NCBI GenBank assembly: GCA_964057225.1
Contig: OZ059895.1
Location: 6,510,001 to 6,574,000, forward strand
Reading direction: 5' to 3'
Source: Auanema rhodensis
Lineage: Eukaryota; Animalia; Nematoda
Length of the DNA: 64,000 nt
The notes beneath the pieces are model-generated. The model was not told the DNA's origin, searched no databases, and saw nothing but the letters and a program-made list of their open reading frames with translations. The position numbers and the translations under genes were made by a program. Of this stretch, positions 53,801-64,000 are shown in pieces (position 1 is the stretch's first letter; each line of letters begins with the position of its first letter).

Positions 53801-55727
53801 GTAGTAAAGTCATCTCATTGCAACTACTTGCCAGACTTGATCTCCGGAAACAATCAAGTTGGGGTAAAATGAAATAAGATCACATAAATTCTTGAAAGCG
53901 ATAGTTTTAAGATTTTTTTTGTTAAAAATTATCTAAATTGATTTCAAATCAACTATTCAGATTAAAAATAGAATTACAAAAGGAACTTATAGTTAAGTGT
54001 AAGACAAGATCATTTGGTTAAAACTCCATGTAATAGGATGATGTACTTGACAAAGGAACTGAAGTTTAAGAAAAGAATAAATTAAATATTAATTATAATT
54101 ACGTGAGGATTAATGGAAAAGTAGTGAGATTGATGTCAAAATGAATGCTTGTACTGAACTTTGTTCCCTCGTTTCAGCTGTGACTGTTCTTTTCAGACAC
54201 AACAAACAACATCTGGAACGAGAGAATGAAATAGATTGATGGAAGAATGGACAATTTACCAACTTCATAATGAGGTTCGGAATGTCGTAGGTCAGATATA
54301 ACTATGTATATGAATTATATAATATTATATGAACTATATTATATTTAATAATAAAAGACATGGATTTCATGTAGGTGGGGCTAAAACGCCCTTCTTCTTT
54401 CCTGTTAGCTTAATAGTTTTATTATCTCTCTAAACATGGTTATTAAATAATCATAAAATAAACAGTAAAAAAAGAAAAAAGAGGAGGAAACGATTGTAAA
54501 AGATGATTTATATTATAATTAGTTCAATATAAATTAGCTGTAGGGCAATTTGTATTTAAACATGTTCAATTTTTTTTTGAGAAATAATAAATAAGTTGTT
54601 TATATTCTGATTTTGTTTTTGAAAAAACTTCTATATTAAACAATTAAAATCTAAATTTATAGTTTTTTTAGAAGATGAGAACTGAATTAAAAGATGTCTT
54701 AATTGAAGATATTATAAACAAGAATATTTGTTATAAAGTTTTAAACTAGTAAATAGGTAAATAGGTAAATAAATCAATCAAAAATTAGAAAAAAACTAAA
54801 CTGATATTCTAAATAATTTGAAAAATAAATTGAATTATGATAAATCATCATCATCATCATTAGAATCATTGATCGATCTAATGAACTTTTGAAGATTAAA
54901 CCTCAAATTTTCTACTTTTATTTTGAATCTTTTTGACCTTAGTTTTGCAAAAAAAAAAATATTAAACACTTCCTATTGTAATTCATCCATCTTGGAAGTT
55001 GTTATGCAATTCTGTACCACAAAATTCAGGTTATATTAGCCTGTGGTACTCTTTGACGTACTTCTCTTGTATTTTAGAGTGAAATAGAGTATTTACCCAT
55101 TATTTATGGTTTGATTAAACATTTTTAGTTTTCATGTTGTTAAAATCTTTTTTTTTCAAAGAAATTTCATATAATTAAATATAAAAAATTATATTTAATT
55201 TATTATTATTATTATTATAATAGAAAATAAAATAAATTTGTTTATTATAAGAAGAAATCTATAGATATTTTCATTTTTATATAATAATAAATAAACAAAA
55301 TAATAAATAAAGTTATTTCAATAAATAAATAAAAATTCTTAATTGAATTTAATTGTTCTGTTATTTTCACAGGTTAAAGCTTATGTTTGAGAAAAGAAGT
55401 TATCGTTTCATCTGAAGTTCACTTTTCAAAAATATTTTATGAAGGAATATGATGATTATCACTTTACCTCTAAATAACTCAATCATCCTTCTATTATTGT
55501 ATTTTTTGGAAAAAAAAAAGGTTTTGAAAAGAATAAATTTAAAAGAAAATAAAATATAGGACACAGATATTTTTATTTAATCTATACTATATGGGTCGTA
55601 TGAAAATAACAAAACAATTAAATTCAATTAAGAATTTTAAAATTATTTATTAAAATAACTTTATTTACTATTTTGTAATAATATACTTATCATATTCTTA
55701 TTATATGTTATATTAACTATTATATTC

Positions 55728-59422
<3,695 letters not shown>

Positions 59423-60056
59423 ATACCTATAATGAGAAATATTGAATTAGAATTGATAAAAATGAGGAAATTGTGAAGATACTAATAACTATTTGAATAT
59501 TTAAAAATAGTTTCAAAAAAGGAAATTTGTGCACAATTGAGATCGGGGCTTTAACAGCACTCTGGTTGACAGGCGAGTAAATGAGCAACAGGGACGAGAT
59601 GACTAGGAGGAGGGATGCAGATGTGGCAATGTCACTATGGAGACGAAGCCACTATCAGATAAAGCCAGTAGGATCATCCACCCTGACGTACGTCTAGGCT
59701 CTTTCTTTCCCCTATGGGCAAATTCCTATTTCTCTCCCTGTCTTTCTCATTATCTCTCACATATCCTCTTGTTCTTCCTTTGCTTATCTCTTATATTCCT
59801 ATTATCTATTTATTTTGGCAACATTTGTATTATTAGAGATATCTTTGTGTTAATGTTTCCTCTCGAATCCTGATTTCTCATTAGTCCTATTTCTATTCTC
59901 GAGTATAAGCTTAGCATAAAGCCGCCACAGCTCTTCCTTCTTATCTCCTCGTTCTACTACGTACCAATCATAACATTTAATACGAATGTTATGATTACAG
60001 GCTTGAAACCAACAGATTCAAAGCTTTTCTTTTACTCACCAATCAAAAATATTAAT

Positions 60057-60112
60057 TCTCTCTCTCTATCTCTTTCTCTCTCTCTCTATCTCTCTATCTC
60101 TTTCTCTCTCTC
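60057..60112. repeat. Imperfect (TC)n microsatellite upstream of pde-5
   Basis: Read directly. Confidence 0.85.
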
Positions 60113-60987
60113 TTATTCGTATTACAATATCTTAACTTATCTGAAGAAATGTATGTATTTCATGTATATTCATTAATATATTTTATAATAATTTTAAAGA
60201 AAATATAAAGATTTATTTTGTACAACTATAATTCAGTTTTTTGATTCATTTGTTTAACAAAAAATCAAAAAAAAATAAGGCACGAAAGAAGGGATGGGAA
60301 GGGGTAAGAGGGGAGGGGATGGCAGTTTAAGACATCATGAAAACGATGAAATATGCACCAATAATATAAATAATTTGAATAATACTAGAACTATATAAAG
60401 AAAATATTAAATATAAAATCTGTTTTTTATGAACTTAATTTACATATTTTAATTAACAGGCGATCGCAGAAAGCGTGACCATGACAATCAAAATAAGGCT
60501 TTTAAAGCCTATGCTCTTTAGTCATCACTGTGTCTACCACGTCTGATTTACCCGGAATTTTCGACAATAACTTCATGTTCAAACTGAATATATGATATTC
60601 ATATGAACTAACAAGTTTGTCTACTCAATGGCATGAAATGAATTAGTTGATTTAGAAATCACATAGTCATTTCGACTAAAATCTAGATCCTAGGAAAATC
60701 TATACAATGAGAGAAAAATAATGAAAATTACGATAATATAAAATAAAAAAACGATTGAACAAGTATGGAATGAAGATGGAGACGATTTCGGTCAGAAAAA
60801 AAAGAAAGAGATCAGAATTTACGGTAGTGTTAAAAATGAAAGAATGAAAGGAATAAGTGTGACACTGGGTGAAAACAACTTGGACAACATCATGAACAAA
60901 TCACAAAAGTGAATTTGTTTTAAAACAGAATATAATGAACTATTCAAACTTATACGACATAACCAAAGTAAAAAAAATACCAGATGC

Positions 60988-64000
<3,013 letters not shown>

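Overview
This is gene-dense eukaryotic DNA from a rhabditid (clade V-like) nematode, with introns of mostly about 40-47 nt and trans-splice-type acceptors just upstream of start codons. Manual splicing gives 21 protein genes: USP3-like deubiquitinase (3' end cut off), rps-6, a membrane-anchored tyrosine phosphatase, TULP4/tub-2, scm-1, galactokinase, nlp-12, chaf-2, a small divergent bL34/MRPL34-like gene, LSG1, rpl-27, egl-30, emr-1, sod-2, GLTP, WDR75, cpn-4, flp-33, beta-glucuronidase, pde-5 and wts-1 (5' end cut off). The two neuropeptide genes and cpn-4 are absent from the ORF track. I found no convincing wholly new multi-gene system. The best leads are an intronic H/ACA snoRNA in rps-6 with a readable 18S target, the bL34-like microgene, a three-motif module shared by two bidirectional promoters, a MITE-like element found twice in promoter positions, relaxed 3' splice-site choice with many AAG acceptors, and a sharp AT/GC mosaic after about 44 kb. 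Gene names and synteny come from recalled homologues and were not searched.
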